Origin: Candidatus Ratteibacteria bacterium
Lineage (GTDB): Bacteria; Ratteibacteria; UBA8468; B48-G9; DTJG01
DNA: 12,851 nt
NCBI GenBank assembly: GCA_049971295.1
Contig: JBMFLH010000045.1
Span: forward strand, 2,270-15,120
Direction of reading: 5' to 3'
Shown here piece after piece: positions 10,227-12,851 of the stretch (its first letter is position 1; each line of letters starts with the position of its first letter). The notes under the pieces were generated by a model. The model ran no database searches and was not told the origin of the DNA. It was given only the letters and a program-made list of their open reading frames with translations. Position numbers and translations under genes: made by a program.

Positions 10227-11030
10227 TCAGGATATATGACTCAACCAATCAATGACATCCTTCATTTCATAAAGGCCTGTCTCTTTCATGGCAATAAATC
10301 TTGCGGCAATAAGAGCGCCTGACGCGAACGATTCCCTGCTGAAACACCTGTGAGTGATTTCAAGGATTTCTCCTTTCCCCCCAAACATTACGGTATGCTC
10401 TCCAACAATTTCTGAAATTCTCACAGCGTGAATTCCAATTTCTTCTGGCTTCCTCGGACCAACTATACCACTTCTTCCATAAACAAAGTTTGACCTTGCA
10501 TCCCTGCTGCGTGCGATGTTAATAATTTCACCAAGTTTCAACGCAGTACCGCTCGGAGCGTCTTTCTTATTGTGATGATGGGTCTCTATAATTTCAACCT
10601 CACAATTTTTATCCAGCATTTCTGTGGCCATCTGTACCAATCTCATCATAATATTCACGCCAATACTCATATTGGGAGACATCACAATCGCAATTTTTTC
10701 TGAAGCGGCTCTGATGATATTAAGTTGTTCTTGAGAAAAGCCAGTGGTTCCAATGACAATTTTTACGTTTTTCTGTTGCGCAATTTTCACACTGGCAATG
10801 GTTGCCTCTGGCACAGTAAAATCAATCAAAACATCTGCACCCTGGCATTTCTGAAAATCATCGCTGATATTAACTCCTGGTATAATTTCTGTTCCAATAG
10901 ATGGATGATTCTTTGATTCAAATGCCCAGACCAATTCCATGTCAGTGCGATTCTTTAACAGTGATACAATTGTTGAGCCCATTCTTCCACATACACCTGC
11001 TACCGCAATTTTCAGCTTTTGTTCTTTCAT
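10227..11030 (-). CDS. dapB: 4-hydroxy-tetrahydrodipicolinate reductase
   Basis: 267 aa. AGVCGRMG, DVLIDFT, IGTTG, SPNMSIGVN, ETHHHNKKDAPSGTA, IVGEHTV, SRESFASGA. ATGA overlap with the murA stop. Confidence 0.95.
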   Translation of the reverse strand: MKEQKLKIAVAGVCGRMGSTIVSLLKNRTDMELVWAFESKNHPSIGTEIIPGVNISDDFQKCQGADVLIDFTVPEATIASVKIAQQKNVKIVIGTTGFSQEQLNIIRAASEKIAIVMSPNMSIGVNIMMRLVQMATEMLDKNCEVEIIETHHHNKKDAPSGTALKLGEIINIARSRDARSNFVYGRSGIVGPRKPEEIGIHAVRISEIVGEHTVMFGGKGEILEITHRCFSRESFASGALIAARFIAMKETGLYEMKDVIDWLSHIS

Positions 11031-12298
11031 ATTGTGTCCTTTTGTCGCGTGATTTTTGCGCCAAGATAACTGAGTTTTTCTTCAAATCTATGATATCCCC
11101 TGAAAAGGTGATAAATCCTTGAAACCTCTGTAATTCCTTCAGCAGCAAGCCCGGCAAGAACAAGCGCAGCACTGGCTCTTAGGTCTGAAGCCATCACCCT
11201 GGCTCCTAAAAGTTTCTTCACACCCCTGACAATTGCTTTGGAGCCATCAAGTTGAATGCTTGCTCCAAGGCGATTGAGTTCGCCGGCATGGATGAATCTT
11301 TCAGGAAAAACCTTCTCTGTAATTACACTTACTCCATCAGCAAGAGATAGATATGCCATCATCTGCGCCTGCAAATCAGTTGGGAAACCCGGATACGCAA
11401 GTGTCACAACATCCACAGGTTTCCATCTTGAAATTCCACTGACAGTGATAAAATTCTTGCCACTTTTGATTGATACACCTGTCTCGCCCAGTCGTTCAAG
11501 AAATGCGCCAAGGTGCAATGGCTGACACTTCTCCACAGTGACACATCCTTTTGTAATTGCTCCTGCAAGAAGGAAAGTACCTGTCTCAATTCTGTCAGGA
11601 ATAATTTTGTGTTCAGCAGGATAAAGTCTTTTAACTCCATATATAGTCAGACATGGAGAACCTATGCCTGAGATTTTTGCGCCCATTTTCACCAGAAAGT
11701 TTGCTAAATCAACTATCTCTGGCTCACACGCAGCAAACTCAATCACTGTTGTTCCTTTCGCCACAGTCGCCGCACACATAACATTTGCTGTTGCAAGTAC
11801 ACTGGAACCAAAAGAGCCCCCCAGAAAAATGTAATTACCTTTGAGCCCACTTTTTACACAGGCAATCACATAGCCATCTTCAATACTAATATCCGCTCCA
11901 AGCTTCTGTAATCCTTTTATGTGAAGATCTATTGGTCTTGGACCAATCACGCATCCACCAGGCAGGGAAAATTGCGCCTTTCCGAATCTCGCAATTAACG
12001 GACCCAGCAGAGATATGGAAGCCCTCATTGTTTTAACAAACTCGTAAGGAGCGTCGTACCTATTGATATCCGAACAATCAATCTCTATGGTTCCATTCCT
12101 GAATGTGACCTTCGCGCCAAGATACTCAAGGATTCGCACCATCGTTCTGACATCCTGTAAGTCAGGAACATTGCGAATCACACTGGTTCCGCGAGCAATA
12201 ATTGAAGCAGCAAGTATGGGAAGAACCGAATTTTTTGCTCCTGATGCCGGGATACTTCCGTTTAAAATTTTTCCACCTTCAATAATAAATTTGTACAT
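11027..12298 (-). CDS. murA: UDP-N-acetylglucosamine 1-carboxyvinyltransferase
   Basis: 423 aa. SGAKNSVLP, MRAS, LPGGCVIGPRPIDLH (catalytic Cys present), EPEIVDLA, PDRIETGT, YPGFPTDLQ, DLRASAAL, HLFRGY. Confidence 0.96.
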   Translation of the reverse strand: MYKFIIEGGKILNGSIPASGAKNSVLPILAASIIARGTSVIRNVPDLQDVRTMVRILEYLGAKVTFRNGTIEIDCSDINRYDAPYEFVKTMRASISLLGPLIARFGKAQFSLPGGCVIGPRPIDLHIKGLQKLGADISIEDGYVIACVKSGLKGNYIFLGGSFGSSVLATANVMCAATVAKGTTVIEFAACEPEIVDLANFLVKMGAKISGIGSPCLTIYGVKRLYPAEHKIIPDRIETGTFLLAGAITKGCVTVEKCQPLHLGAFLERLGETGVSIKSGKNFITVSGISRWKPVDVVTLAYPGFPTDLQAQMMAYLSLADGVSVITEKVFPERFIHAGELNRLGASIQLDGSKAIVRGVKKLLGARVMASDLRASAALVLAGLAAEGITEVSRIYHLFRGYHRFEEKLSYLGAKITRQKDTI

Positions 12299-12325
12299 CT
12301 CCTATTTCCTGTTTCATAATAAGTA

Positions 12326-12354
12326 ATTTTACCACACGAGATTGTTTTTATTAA
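12326..12354 (-). promoter_or_regulatory. Putative extended -10 promoter for murA and downstream genes
   Basis: Minus strand reads TGTG-G-TAAAAT (12336-12326), matching TRTGnTATAAT except at one base. TTAATA (12354-12349) lies 17 nt upstream of the -10. The site is in the largest intergenic gap between genes (52 nt). Confidence 0.55.
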
Positions 12355-12851
12355 ACTGGTTTCAGAACCACAACCCTTTCAGCACCGCTGATATCTTTAA
12401 AAACCTTCACCAGCACAAGTCCGTATTTCTCTAAATTCTGAAAAAATTTCACCTGCCATGGAGAAATTTCAAGAATTAAAAAGCCATCTTTTTCAAGAAG
12501 GTCTGACGCAATCTTCAGGATACGTCTTATGACTCGCATGCCATCATGTCCGCCATTCAATGCGGATAAAGGTTCTTTTTTCACTTCTTCAGAAACAGTA
12601 CGAATTTCTTCTTTGGTAAGATACGGCGGATTGCTCACTATAAGAGAAAATTTTTTTCTGATTTTTTTGCTAACGATGTTTGCTCTATGGATAAATACCC
12701 TGTCATTAAGATTATGACATTTAACATTTTTCCTTGCTAAATTCACTGCACGTTGAGAAATATCTGTGGCAAAAATCACAGATTCTGGAAACACTTTTGC
12801 CAGCACTATCGCAAGTACACCACATCCTGTACACACATCAAGGATGTTGAT
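12351..12851 (-). CDS. prmC: Release factor glutamine methyltransferase PrmC/HemK (partial; 5' end outside window)
   Basis: The frame is open to the window edge and reads INILDVCTGCG (SAM motif I), ATDIS, VSNPPY, EPLSALNGGHDG, GFLILEI, KDISGAERVV. Confidence 0.9.
   Translation of the reverse strand: MNILDVCTGCGVLAIVLAKVFPESVIFATDISQRAVNLARKNVKCHNLNDRVFIHRANIVSKKIRKKFSLIVSNPPYLTKEEIRTVSEEVKKEPLSALNGGHDGMRVIRRILKIASDLLEKDGFLILEISPWQVKFFQNLEKYGLVLVKVFKDISGAERVVVLKPV

Noticed and set aside
12834..12851. prmC starting at 12836, or being a truncated pseudogene
   Set aside because: That GTG is inside SAM motif I and the frame is open to the window edge, so the truncation is a window artefact.

Overview
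A gene-dense, moderately AT-rich bacterial housekeeping region. All 12 credible genes lie on the minus strand with tiny gaps or ATGA overlaps. In transcription order (right to left): prmC (5'-truncated by the window edge), murA, dapB, LL-diaminopimelate aminotransferase (dapL-type), purE, a divergent LacD/YihT-like class I aldolase, pfkA, ilvD, thiC, def, nadB, and an NfnB/SudA/GltD-like flavo-iron-sulfur oxidoreductase. I found no RNA genes, mobile elements, CRISPR arrays or long repeats. The enzyme set suggests an anaerobe, and the MurA and NadB signatures hint at a PVC-group lineage (inference only). The best candidate for something undescribed is the divergent tagatose-bisphosphate-type aldolase paired with an atypical PfkA, with no sugar-specific genes nearby. 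Lesser points are a near-identical 15-nt coupling junction used twice, an NfnB-like subunit without its usual partner, and two clear sigma70-like promoters.
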